Notes under the pieces: generated by a model
The model's input: the letters and a program-made list of their open reading frames with translations, nothing else
What the model was told of the DNA's origin: nothing
Databases searched by the model: none
Part shown: piece by piece, positions 39,835 through 48,942 of the stretch
Layout: each line of letters opens with the position of its first letter
Numbering within the stretch: the stretch's first letter is position 1
Made by a program: the position numbers and the translations under genes
From: Candidatus Poribacteria bacterium
Lineage (GTDB): Bacteria > Poribacteria > WGA-4E > WGA-3G
DNA length: 64,000 nucleotides
Assembly: GCA_965197475.1 (NCBI GenBank)
Contig: CBDANF010000002.1
Coordinates: forward strand, 704,001-768,000
Reading direction: 5' to 3'

Positions 39835-41622
39835 TTAGAAATCTAAGTCAACTTCACAACTAATTCTGTCAACGAAACTATCAAGAGGCATCGCTCCGAT
39901 ATCGCCTTCATCGCGGCTTCGGACGCTGACAGTTCGGTTATTTTGTTCGCGCTCACCAATAATTAACATATACGGAACCCGTTGAAGACGGGCTTGGCGT
40001 ATTTTCGCTCCAATTTTGTCATCACTATTATCTAACACAACACGACAATTTTTCTGTAATAGTATCTGCTCAATTTCTTTGGCGTAATCCACAAAGCGTT
40101 GGCTAATAGTCATCACAACGCATTGTACAGGGGAAAGCCATGTCGGAAAAGCACCCGCATAATGCTCAATTAGCATTGCAATAAACCGTTCAAAACTGCC
40201 ACAAATTGCACGATGGATTACCACAGGTCTCTTTTCAGATCCGTCTGGTGCAATATAAATTAATTCAAACCGTTCAGGTAACTGAAAATCGAGTTGGACT
40301 GTGGCGCATTGTACATCTCGGTTGAGTGAATCCCGAACTTGAAAATCAAGTTTTGGCCCGTAAAATGCGGCTTCACCTGGGTCAACAACGTATTCAATTT
40401 CGTTATTCTTCAACACAGATTCAAGAATATCCTCAGCACGATTCCAGACATCAACATCCCCCATAAACTTATCGGGGTTGCGCGTGCTAAAATCACATCG
40501 GAACGGTAACTCAAAACTACCGTAGATACGTTGGAAAAGTCCAAGGATACGTTCATATTCATCAGCGATCTGGTCTTCAGTAACGAAGTTGTGTGCATCG
40601 TCTTGACACAATTGACGCACACGTGACAAACCGCTCAGGGTCCCTGTTGCTTCATTTCGATGTAACACACCTTGATCATGTAGACGGTATGGCAAATCAC
40701 GATAACTGTGGCGTGTGCTTTTATAAATTAGCATGTGCGCGGGACAATTCATCGGTTTGAGAGCACTCGTTGGTTCGCCTTCTTCATTTTCGATCAGAAA
40801 CATATCATCTTTGAAATGTTCCCAATGGCCCGAAGTTTTCCAGAGACTGCTGTCATAGATGAGCGGTGTGCGCACCTCTTGGTAGCCTTCACTGATATAA
40901 AGTTTTCTAACCTTTTCGGATAAAAGGTTATAAATGAGTGCACCTTTGGGAAGCCAAAACACACTACCTGGTGATTCGGGATGCATCTGAAAGAGTTCCA
41001 ATTCGCGTCCCAATTTTCGGTGGTCGCGCTTGGCAGCCTCTTCACGTTGCGTCAAATATGTTTTGAGATCCTCTTTTGTTTCCCACGCGGTGCCATATAT
41101 CCTCTGTAGTTGTTCGCGATTGCTATCACCACGCCAGTATGCACCTGAGACGCGGAGCAACTTGAAATATCTGCATTCACCTGTTTTTTCAATGTGTGGT
41201 CCCTTACACAGATCAGTGAAATCCCCATTGTGATAGATAGAGACACCTTCGTCAGCAACGCCTTCATCAGATGCACTGACTTCTCGGTCAGAAATTCCCT
41301 CTATTAATTCAAGTTTAAATTTTTGGTTGCGTTCAGCAAACCATTCACGTGCTTCTTTATATGTCCATGTTTCCTGCAGAAAAGGCACATTTGCTTTAAT
41401 CATCGCCTTCATGTGCTTTTCGATTTCAGGAAAATCGTCCGGTGTAATTGGACGGGGGACCTCCATATCATAATAGAATTCGTTCTCTATTGGAGGACCG
41501 ATCGCAAGTTTGACAGTGTGTTCACCATCAGGAAACAACTTTTGAACGGCGTACGCCATGATATGGGCAGTAGAGTGGCGAAGCCGTTCTAAATAGTCTT
41601 CGGGTTGATTGGATTCATGCAT
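39835..41622 (-). CDS. thrS: Threonine--tRNA ligase (no N-terminal TGS domain)
   Basis: RHSTAH, DLCKGPH, RDHRKLG, KPMNCP, AFYGPK, HRA..GS.ERF. Confidence 0.97.
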   Translation of the reverse strand: MHESNQPEDYLERLRHSTAHIMAYAVQKLFPDGEHTVKLAIGPPIENEFYYDMEVPRPITPDDFPEIEKHMKAMIKANVPFLQETWTYKEAREWFAERNQKFKLELIEGISDREVSASDEGVADEGVSIYHNGDFTDLCKGPHIEKTGECRYFKLLRVSGAYWRGDSNREQLQRIYGTAWETKEDLKTYLTQREEAAKRDHRKLGRELELFQMHPESPGSVFWLPKGALIYNLLSEKVRKLYISEGYQEVRTPLIYDSSLWKTSGHWEHFKDDMFLIENEEGEPTSALKPMNCPAHMLIYKSTRHSYRDLPYRLHDQGVLHRNEATGTLSGLSRVRQLCQDDAHNFVTEDQIADEYERILGLFQRIYGSFELPFRCDFSTRNPDKFMGDVDVWNRAEDILESVLKNNEIEYVVDPGEAAFYGPKLDFQVRDSLNRDVQCATVQLDFQLPERFELIYIAPDGSEKRPVVIHRAICGSFERFIAMLIEHYAGAFPTWLSPVQCVVMTISQRFVDYAKEIEQILLQKNCRVVLDNSDDKIGAKIRQARLQRVPYMLIIGEREQNNRTVSVRSRDEGDIGAMPLDSFVDRISCEVDLDF

Positions 41623-41731
41623 TGGGATTATTCTCAAATTCTACAATGAAAAGTCAATCTATAATTGACCAAATTATTTAAACGTAACGATTTTTCGTTA
41701 CGTTTAGGTTACATTAAAGCCTTAATTTATG

Positions 41732-42833
41732 TGAGGGTGTTTCATAAATCATTTTTTATTGAAATACAGTTTTGATATGAGTTACATTTCGGGTGGGTCT
41801 CTCCCACCGGACATTCATCAACATAGCGAGTTGTAGAAGCATCACCCTGAGTCCTAAAAAAGTGGATACGTAAGCCAGACTGCTGATAGGTAAAGGTTTA
41901 TGCTGCCCCGTCGTTGCCAAGAGTTTGCTAAGTAAATCAAAAGTCGGTTCAATAGTTGTTTTCCGTGCCTCTTTCCCCTCGTTGAATAAAGCAACCGCCA
42001 TGGCATCCATAGGTCCCAAAACCGCTTGTGCCTGTTCAACGCAGGTGTCGGGTGTTATGAGCATCATCTTCTCCCTCGCAAAAGCGACGCTGCGTCTTTA
42101 TCTCTATAACCAGCATCAGCGATAAGACACGTAATCCCTTTTGCGACGATGCGGCTTTGCTTTTTATCAAGCACCTTGCGTTCATTGACATTTGCGGGCA
42201 ATACCTCAAACATCACAGGAAATTCGTCTCGGATGGGTATATGGATCCCATATCCATATACCCATCCGTGATAGCCACTTTTAGACCAATGTGCGGTTTT
42301 ATCAACATTACGGAGGCCTTTGGGAATATGGTTTTTCGCACGATGTTTCTTGTGCCAGACAGGCCCTGTGGCTTTGAACAAACTCTTGTCTTCATAGGCG
42401 ATGGTGTGTGAAAAACCATAGCCGTTTGCGACTGTCCACTCCGCAATGAACTCGCAAAACTCGGTAAGCAGCGGACACAATGCTTTATATCTGCGTGCCA
42501 GTGTCGGTGCAATAGACAAAACGGAAGACGCAGTGTCTTAAGCATTATCGGATGCGTGCCCAACCAGCAGTGCTGTGCGCGTATCGTGTTGATCTGCTTC
42601 AGCGTCATCATCGCATAAAAGACAAGGAGCGAAGCATCTGCATAGGTTTTCGGTCTCCCTCTGCTGATAACGGTTTCTTTTGTTTTAGCAAACTCATCAA
42701 GCAAAAAAATAAAAATGTGATATACTCTTTCATGTCAGGATAATACATGGAATACTCATTCAATGGTTTAGATTTTTATTAGAAGGATACTCACTTCCTG
42801 ACACATCGCAACTTTATTTATGAAACACCCTCA
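41732..42833 (-). mobile_element. IS element, DDE_Tnp_1 type (IS5/IS982-like), transposase with several frameshifts
   Basis: 18-bp perfect TIR TGAGGGTGTTTCATAAAT / ATTTATGAAACACCCTCA; GRPKTY, EDKSLF, GWVYGY, IADAGY, TIEP.F across three frames; no clear TSD. Confidence 0.85.
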
Positions 42834-43038
42834 TCTTATTATCTCATTAAATATGTGTAATTTCAAGGGAAATCTTTATTGGTTCTAAATCGTAATTAAA
42901 GTAAATCAACGCCAAATGCACACATGGTAGGCTGCCAAATCAACGTCAAATACGTGTATGGCATTCGGCGGGCTTATAAAACCCTCACACAAGAGTACTT
43001 CGCGGCAATTGAATGATTCTGATTTTTTGTAAAAAGTA

Positions 43039-43068
43039 TTGACACAAACTATTGAAATCTGATATTAT
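43039..43068 (+). promoter_or_regulatory. Putative sigma70 promoter, probably giving a leaderless NUDIX mRNA
   Basis: TTGACA-18 bp-TATTAT with TG extension; GTG start 8 nt downstream; no SD sequence. Confidence 0.6.
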
Positions 43069-43076
43069 AGTTTTAA

Positions 43077-43505
43077 GTGTATTGTTACGATTATCCACGC
43101 CCCTCAGTTACTGTTGATATTGTGCTCTTGACAGATACGTTCCCGCGTTCACAAGTCTTGTTAATCCGACGTAAGAACCCTCCTTTCAAGGACCTGTGGG
43201 CACTACCGGGCGGGTTCCTGGAGATGGATGAAACACTTGAAGAAAGCGCATTACGTGAGTTATACGAAGAGACGAATATATCAGGAGTCAATCTGACACA
43301 AGTAGGCACTTTTGGACATCCTGAGCGTGATCCGCGCGGACGCGTTATCACCGTCGCCTACGTTGGAATCATTAAATCGGAACAAGTGGAAGTTACTGCA
43401 GGTTCCGATGCGTCTGAAGTTGCGTGGTTTTCAACATTAGACTTGCCACAACTCGCCTTTGACCATAGCGAAATCATTCAAAAGGCTTTAGAAGGATTAA
43501 AATGA
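43077..43505 (+). CDS. NUDIX hydrolase (ADP-ribose pyrophosphatase-like)
   Basis: WALPGGF...ET.EESALRELYEET Nudix box; RDPRG, GSDA, LAFDH. Confidence 0.93.
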   Translation: MYCYDYPRPSVTVDIVLLTDTFPRSQVLLIRRKNPPFKDLWALPGGFLEMDETLEESALRELYEETNISGVNLTQVGTFGHPERDPRGRVITVAYVGIIKSEQVEVTAGSDASEVAWFSTLDLPQLAFDHSEIIQKALEGLK

Positions 43506-43834
43506 AACATTTCGGTTTAACATTGAACCTGAAAGACGATCCGCAAATTATTAAATAGTATAAGGCTTACCATCGGGATGCTTGGCCAGAGACATTGGCT
43601 GGTCTAAAAGCAGTCGGTATTACGAAGATAAATATATACCTGTTAGGTCGGCGTTTATTTATGGCAATGGAGACCGTTGATACGTTTGACATTGAACGCG
43701 ATTTTCCGCGTTACCTTGAAGAACATCCGAAATGCAGCGAGTGGGATGAATTAATGCGAACTTTTCAGGAACCGGTTGAAGAGGCACAGGCAGATGAATG
43801 GTGGGCACAGATGGAACCCGTGTTTGAGCTATAA
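43502..43834 (+). pseudogene. L-rhamnose mutarotase-family protein with an in-frame TAG at 43556
   Basis: MKHFGLTLNLKDDPQIIK*YKAYHRDAWPE...RLFM...W..LM...WAQMEPVF. Confidence 0.8.
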
Positions 43835-43925
43835 ATCGGCCAAAAGCGTGAACATGTGAGGTGTCCACAATCTTGTTTGTGTGATTTGTTGTGCCATTTC
43901 TGGGTAACAAAAGGTTGAAAAAACA

Positions 43926-44846
43926 ATGACTATAGTTTACGACTTCATTGCATTCAGCGGTAGGATTTCAGAAAATAGTTGGAGTCTCGGTATGAAAGCG
44001 ATTCAGGGCGAAGTGCCGCTGGATATCGTCATACCGAATATGCGGACATCATCAAATTCCGACGATGACGATATCATCGGGGTTTTAACGAAAGAAGGCA
44101 TATCCAGAGAAAGCTCCGATGTGATGGAACTCTACCGGTATCTCCGGCAGCTGAATCCGAAATCAAATCAGGCATTCGGATACAATGAGGTTGCGATCCG
44201 GAATATCCATACTCACCTGAATTCTCTGAAGGTCAATGATGAACTCCACGTCCAAATTACTTATTCCGAACGTAAAGAGAATTATGTTCCGTCTACATAT
44301 AATATCAAATTGTTAGGTACCTTCCCGATTTCACCTATGGATTTCCTGTCTCCAGAACCTGATATGCCTGAGAACACTGTTACAGATACCACTGAAGATG
44401 ATGTACAGGATATTCCTATACAAGATGAAAAAAATGTAATTCCCAAAGATTTCCCTCGTCCGGATTCAGAGATACCGGTTTATAAAACGACAAATACCCT
44501 TGAGAAATTAATCGTTTTTACACGAACGCTGCAGTCTGAATTGAAGGAAACTCAGAAAAATCTTGTGTTAATGACAGAAAAAGTGAAATTATTGGAAGAG
44601 GAGCGACAGCACTACCGAGAACAAGAACACTTGCTTCAGAACATTCTTGAACAGATCAATCAGTTAGAAAGTTTTAACAGTCGACTAAACTCTCTTGAAG
44701 GTGATCGCTATCAACTTGATAAACTACAACACACCTTAACAACTTTTTTCAAAACCTCGAATCGGCAGATACAAGCAATGCTTAAAGAGGTAAGTGATGA
44801 AACGGATGAAATTGATCCTGATTTATCAATACCTCGCTTAAAATAG
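43926..44846 (+). CDS. Hypothetical protein with acidic linker and C-terminal coiled coil
   Basis: 306-aa ORF; heptad-rich C-terminal third; no recognised motif. Confidence 0.7.
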   Translation: MTIVYDFIAFSGRISENSWSLGMKAIQGEVPLDIVIPNMRTSSNSDDDDIIGVLTKEGISRESSDVMELYRYLRQLNPKSNQAFGYNEVAIRNIHTHLNSLKVNDELHVQITYSERKENYVPSTYNIKLLGTFPISPMDFLSPEPDMPENTVTDTTEDDVQDIPIQDEKNVIPKDFPRPDSEIPVYKTTNTLEKLIVFTRTLQSELKETQKNLVLMTEKVKLLEEERQHYREQEHLLQNILEQINQLESFNSRLNSLEGDRYQLDKLQHTLTTFFKTSNRQIQAMLKEVSDETDEIDPDLSIPRLK

Positions 44847-44875
44847 AACCGACATACGGAAAGGACAACCATTTC

Positions 44876-45676
44876 ATGATGAAAATTGGCACGATGTCTT
44901 TGAATGTTAAGGGCGCAACAGCAAGCGATTTTGCGCAAATCGTACACGATCTCGGTTTTGATGTGATTGAGCTGCATTACAGAGCGTTTGAATCCACCGA
45001 TGTAAATTATTTACGGGAACTGAAGATGAATCTGATGAAAAAAGGTTTACCGTTAGGTTATATCGGTATCAGCAATAACTTTGGCAAACCTGTTGCTGAA
45101 CACCCTGAACAGATTGCGCTGATTAAGAAATGGATTGACGTTGCTGCTTTTATGAGTTGCCCGATAGTGCGAGTTTTTGCTGCTTATGTGCCTGCAGATT
45201 GTGAAGATGAGGAGACATTGTGGCCTCCGATGATTGAGGGTTTCAAAGAGGTTGCTGAATACGGGTATGAATCGGGGATTCTCGTGGGGTTGCAGAATCA
45301 CAATCACAATAACGTTACACGCGATGGCGATGCCGTTTTACGTGCCTTGAATGAAACCGACCATCCCTATTTTACACATATTTTGGATACGGGACAGTAC
45401 GCAGGTTCGCCTGGGGCAAGTGGACATCGCGGTTCGTCACATCCGGATTACGACTGCTATGCCAGTATTGAACAGACTGCCCCCCATGCTGTTTATGTCC
45501 GAACCAAGTTTTATGAGATTGATAGCGGTGTTGAGGAATGGTTGGATTATCCGCGGGTTTTGGACATTTTGCGAGGTGTTGGCTACAACGGCTGTCTTTC
45601 AGTTGTTTATGAAGGTCAATCCGATCCGATTGAATCGATGCGTAAGGCGAGAAGTTATCTGGAATCCTTACTGTAA
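44876..45676 (+). CDS. Sugar phosphate isomerase/epimerase (xylose isomerase-like TIM barrel)
   Basis: GFDVIEL, VRVF, LQNH, LDTG, GYNG.LSVVYEG. Confidence 0.85.
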   Translation: MMKIGTMSLNVKGATASDFAQIVHDLGFDVIELHYRAFESTDVNYLRELKMNLMKKGLPLGYIGISNNFGKPVAEHPEQIALIKKWIDVAAFMSCPIVRVFAAYVPADCEDEETLWPPMIEGFKEVAEYGYESGILVGLQNHNHNNVTRDGDAVLRALNETDHPYFTHILDTGQYAGSPGASGHRGSSHPDYDCYASIEQTAPHAVYVRTKFYEIDSGVEEWLDYPRVLDILRGVGYNGCLSVVYEGQSDPIESMRKARSYLESLL

Positions 45677-45699
45677 ATCCCTAAATCGTAGAGGGCAAG

Positions 45700-46803
45700 A
45701 TGAAAACACGCGCTGCTGTTATGTATGAACATAATCAACCTGTGGTTGTTGAAGAATTGGAATTAGAAGAGCCAAAAGCGAATGAAGTTCTCGTCCGTAC
45801 TGCTGCAAGTGGCGTGTGTCATTCTGATCTATCTGTTGTCACTGGAACTATCTACTACGATGCGGCTGTTGTCCTTGGGCATGAGGGTGCTGGTGTTATT
45901 GAGCATGTTGGAAGCGATGTGACAGACTTTCGTGTGGATGACCATGTAATTCTGTCCTTCGTCACATATTGTGGTGATTGCAGGATGTGTCAGATGGAAA
46001 AAGTCTGTCTGTGCGAAAGTTATAATGTGCCGCGCGGGTTTCAATTAGATGGCACTTATCGTCTATATAACAAATCCGGTGAAGGCATCCTACAGATGGC
46101 GCGGATTGCAACGATGTCAGAATATATGGTCGTACCGCAACAAAACCTCGTCAAAATAGATGACCACTATTCGTTAGAGCAAGCTGCGCTTGTGGGATGT
46201 GGTGTGACAACAGGTGTTGGCGCAGTTCTCAACACAGCGAAGGTGGAACCCGGTAGTTCAGTAGCGGTAATTGGAACCGGCGGTGTAGGTTTGAACGCCA
46301 TTCAAGGTGCTGTTCTTGCACAAGCGGAAAAGATTATCGCCGTTGATATTGCTGCGAAAAAACTTGACTTTGCCAAACGTTTTGGTGCTACGGATGTCGT
46401 GAACGCCACGGATGATGATCCGGTTGAAGCAGTTCGTGGGTTGACGGATGGTCGTGGTGTAGATTACGCATTTGAGGTCATCGGAAATCCGCAAACTATC
46501 GTCCAAGCATATCGTATGATGCGAGCTGCGGGTACTGCTGTTATTGTCGGCATGGCACATCATCAAAAAGAATTCAGCATTCCAGCGCAGCACTTCGTTG
46601 CAACTGAAAGGCGGATCATCGGTTCGTTTTACGGTTCATGTCAACCACGGGTGGATATGCCGAAACTTCTCAATCTGTATACAGAAGGGAAGTTAAAATT
46701 AGATGAACTGATTACAAAACACTATCGGCTTGATCAGATTAATGAGGCATTTGCGGATATGGAAGCCGGTGAAAACGCCCGTGGAGTAATTGTTTTTAAC
46801 TAA
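45700..46803 (+). CDS. Zn-dependent alcohol dehydrogenase
   Basis: GVCHSD, GHEGAG, CGDCRMC...C, GCGV.TG, G.GGVG. Confidence 0.93.
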   Translation: MKTRAAVMYEHNQPVVVEELELEEPKANEVLVRTAASGVCHSDLSVVTGTIYYDAAVVLGHEGAGVIEHVGSDVTDFRVDDHVILSFVTYCGDCRMCQMEKVCLCESYNVPRGFQLDGTYRLYNKSGEGILQMARIATMSEYMVVPQQNLVKIDDHYSLEQAALVGCGVTTGVGAVLNTAKVEPGSSVAVIGTGGVGLNAIQGAVLAQAEKIIAVDIAAKKLDFAKRFGATDVVNATDDDPVEAVRGLTDGRGVDYAFEVIGNPQTIVQAYRMMRAAGTAVIVGMAHHQKEFSIPAQHFVATERRIIGSFYGSCQPRVDMPKLLNLYTEGKLKLDELITKHYRLDQINEAFADMEAGENARGVIVFN

Positions 46804-46880
46804 CGTATTTCTCTCAATCGTTTATAGTACCGCAATTCATTGTGCCTCTTCCAGCTTAACGGGCATCTGATACCTGAAAT

Positions 46881-47660
46881 ATGAAATCCATCCATACCGC
46901 TGTCCGCGACCAATTTAGCCAACATGCTGAGTATTACGCGCAGAGCAGTGCACATGCTAAAGGGGATACCCTTGAGATTATCCTTAACTTTGCGGATCCA
47001 AAAGGGACGGAAAAAGTGCTGGATATCGCGACAGGTACAGGTTTTACAGCGTTCGCACTTGCTCCAAAAGTAGCACATGTTGTGGCTACTGATTTAACAC
47101 CGGAGATGGTCGCCAAAGCATCCGAACTTGCCCAGGAACAAACGATAGAGAATATCGCGTTTTCTGTTGCCGCTGCAGAATCTCTACCGTTTGTTACTGC
47201 GTCGTTAGATTTAGTGACCTGTCGACTTGCCCCTCACCATTTTCAAAATGTCCCAAAATTCTTGTCTGAGGCCCATCGGGTTCTACGAATAGATGGATTT
47301 TTTTGTCTCGTCGATTCCGTTTCCCCTGAATCAGAAAAGTTAATAGCATGGCAGAACCGCGTAGAGAAATTACGCGACGATTCTCATGTATTTGGATATC
47401 CGCCATCTCAGTGGGATACGATGATTGCGAATGCCGGTTTTGAGATTGAGAAAACAGCACATGTGCGAAATGCACAAATGTCGTTTTTGTGGTGGGTACG
47501 TCCACAGAAAAACCCGCCAGAAGTGGTTAGAGAAATCCGTGATGCGTTTGCTGAACTTTCACCTGATGATGCAAAAAAGCATTATACAGTTAAACCCGCG
47601 GGTAATGATCTCTATTTTTCGTGGCCGATGTACGCGGTTAAAGCAAAACGGAGGCAATAA
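46881..47660 (+). CDS. Class I SAM-dependent methyltransferase
   Basis: VLDIATGTG, AESLPF, CRLAPHHF. Confidence 0.9.
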   Translation: MKSIHTAVRDQFSQHAEYYAQSSAHAKGDTLEIILNFADPKGTEKVLDIATGTGFTAFALAPKVAHVVATDLTPEMVAKASELAQEQTIENIAFSVAAAESLPFVTASLDLVTCRLAPHHFQNVPKFLSEAHRVLRIDGFFCLVDSVSPESEKLIAWQNRVEKLRDDSHVFGYPPSQWDTMIANAGFEIEKTAHVRNAQMSFLWWVRPQKNPPEVVREIRDAFAELSPDDAKKHYTVKPAGNDLYFSWPMYAVKAKRRQ

Positions 47661-47662
47661 AA

Positions 47663-48568
47663 ATGGTATCTCAAAAAAGAATCCCTACTTATGACACATC
47701 AGTTAAAGTGAATATAGCGAAAATAGTTAAATTTCTTCTAGTGCTTTGCATGGTACTCACGTTGTTCGTCGGTTGCCAAACGCCCAACCCCGACGGTGAA
47801 ACGGACATGGTTTTGATTCCAGCAGGCGAATTTGACATGGGAAATAATGATATTGACCATTCTGATGGTCCATACGGTCCTCAGAAAGACGAAAGTCCGA
47901 TACACACCGTCTATGTGGACGCATTCTATATAGACAAATACGAAGTAACAAATGCTGACTTTAAAAAGTTCCTTGATGCTAATCCGGAGTGGCAAAAAGG
48001 AAACGTTGAATTTCAATACAATGACTCGTACCTGTACGAGTGGGATGGGAATACTTATCCGAGTCGTAAAGATCACCATCCTGTTAATGTAGATTGGCAT
48101 GCGGCAATGGCTTATGCAAAATGGGTCGGGAAGCGTTTGCCAACAGAAGCAGAATGGGAGAAGGCGGCACGCGGTGGATTAAAAAATAAACTCTACCCAT
48201 GGGGGGATTCAAGGCCTACCACCAATCAGGCAAATTACGAGGTGAATCCTTCATCTGTCTCTGTTGGATCGTATCATCCCAACGACTATGGCTTGTATGA
48301 TATGGCGGGTAACGTATGGGAGTGGTGTCTTGATGAGTATCAAGCCGATTTTTATAAGGATTCACCTGATCATAACCCGATTGCAGGGGCAGACAGCATT
48401 ACGTACATACTAAATAACTATAAAGGCGTTAAAAGTCCTCGTGTGTTGCGTGGTGGTAGGTAGGTCTTCGGAGCTGATCAAATAAGGGTTTCTAAACGCT
48501 ATTCGCATCCTCCAGAAAAATGCCGCCCCTCTTTCGGTTTTCGTTGTGTGAAGCCGGTGAAACGTTAG
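47663..48568 (+). pseudogene. FGE-sulfatase (SUMF1) domain lipoprotein with an in-frame TAG at 48461
   Basis: IPAGEF.MG, YEVTN, RLPTEAEWEKAARGG, DMAGNVWEW; VLRGGR* then the frame continues to the conserved GFRC, stop at 48568. Confidence 0.85.
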
Positions 48569-48726
48569 TCTTTACCTATTATAAAGAAATCTCCGTGATG
48601 AATTGCTTGTTGAATCGCTTGTTTCCAGGGCGTTCCAGGGTTTAAATTATCCCAATCCACCCAAACAGTGACGTCATTTGAGGTAAGGGCATTAATGGGA
48701 TAAATCGGTTTTACAAGGTTTTTCTC
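48565..48726 (-). pseudogene. TIR-domain gene fragment
   Basis: ALTSNDVTVWVDWDNLNPGTPWKQAIQQAIHHGDFFI resembles the TIR betaB-alphaB-betaC segment; no start codon. Confidence 0.6.
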
Positions 48727-48739
48727 CTACAAATAGAAG

Positions 48740-48777
48740 CGCGGTGAATTAGTGATTACAAACTGCTATTCACCGCG
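48740..48777. terminator. Inverted repeat between convergent genes
   Basis: CGCGGTGAAT...ATTCACCGCG. Confidence 0.4.
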
Positions 48778-48795
48778 TAATAATTAATGAAAATA

Positions 48796-48938
48796 ATACC
48801 AATTCTGATAAATAAAGTGCCATTACGGAGATTTTATGAGATTTTGAAGTTCATCCTATGTTGAATGTCCGAGGCGCAATGAATTGCGCGACTACAAACG
48901 CGTTTTTGTTAATGAGAAGTTATTATTCAGAAATGGTA
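48796..48938 (+). mobile_element. IS630-derived MITE, copy 2, with internal REP-like hairpin
   Basis: ATACCAATTCTGA...TTATTCAGAAATGGTA flanked by TA; right end matches the IS630 end at 11662 over 18 bp. Confidence 0.85.
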
Positions 48939-48942
48939 TAAC

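Noticed and set aside
39835-41622. thrS as a truncated pseudogene caused by the upstream IS
   Set aside because: ThrRS lacking the TGS domain is a known natural form; editing, catalytic and anticodon domains are intact and the IS ends about 110 bp upstream
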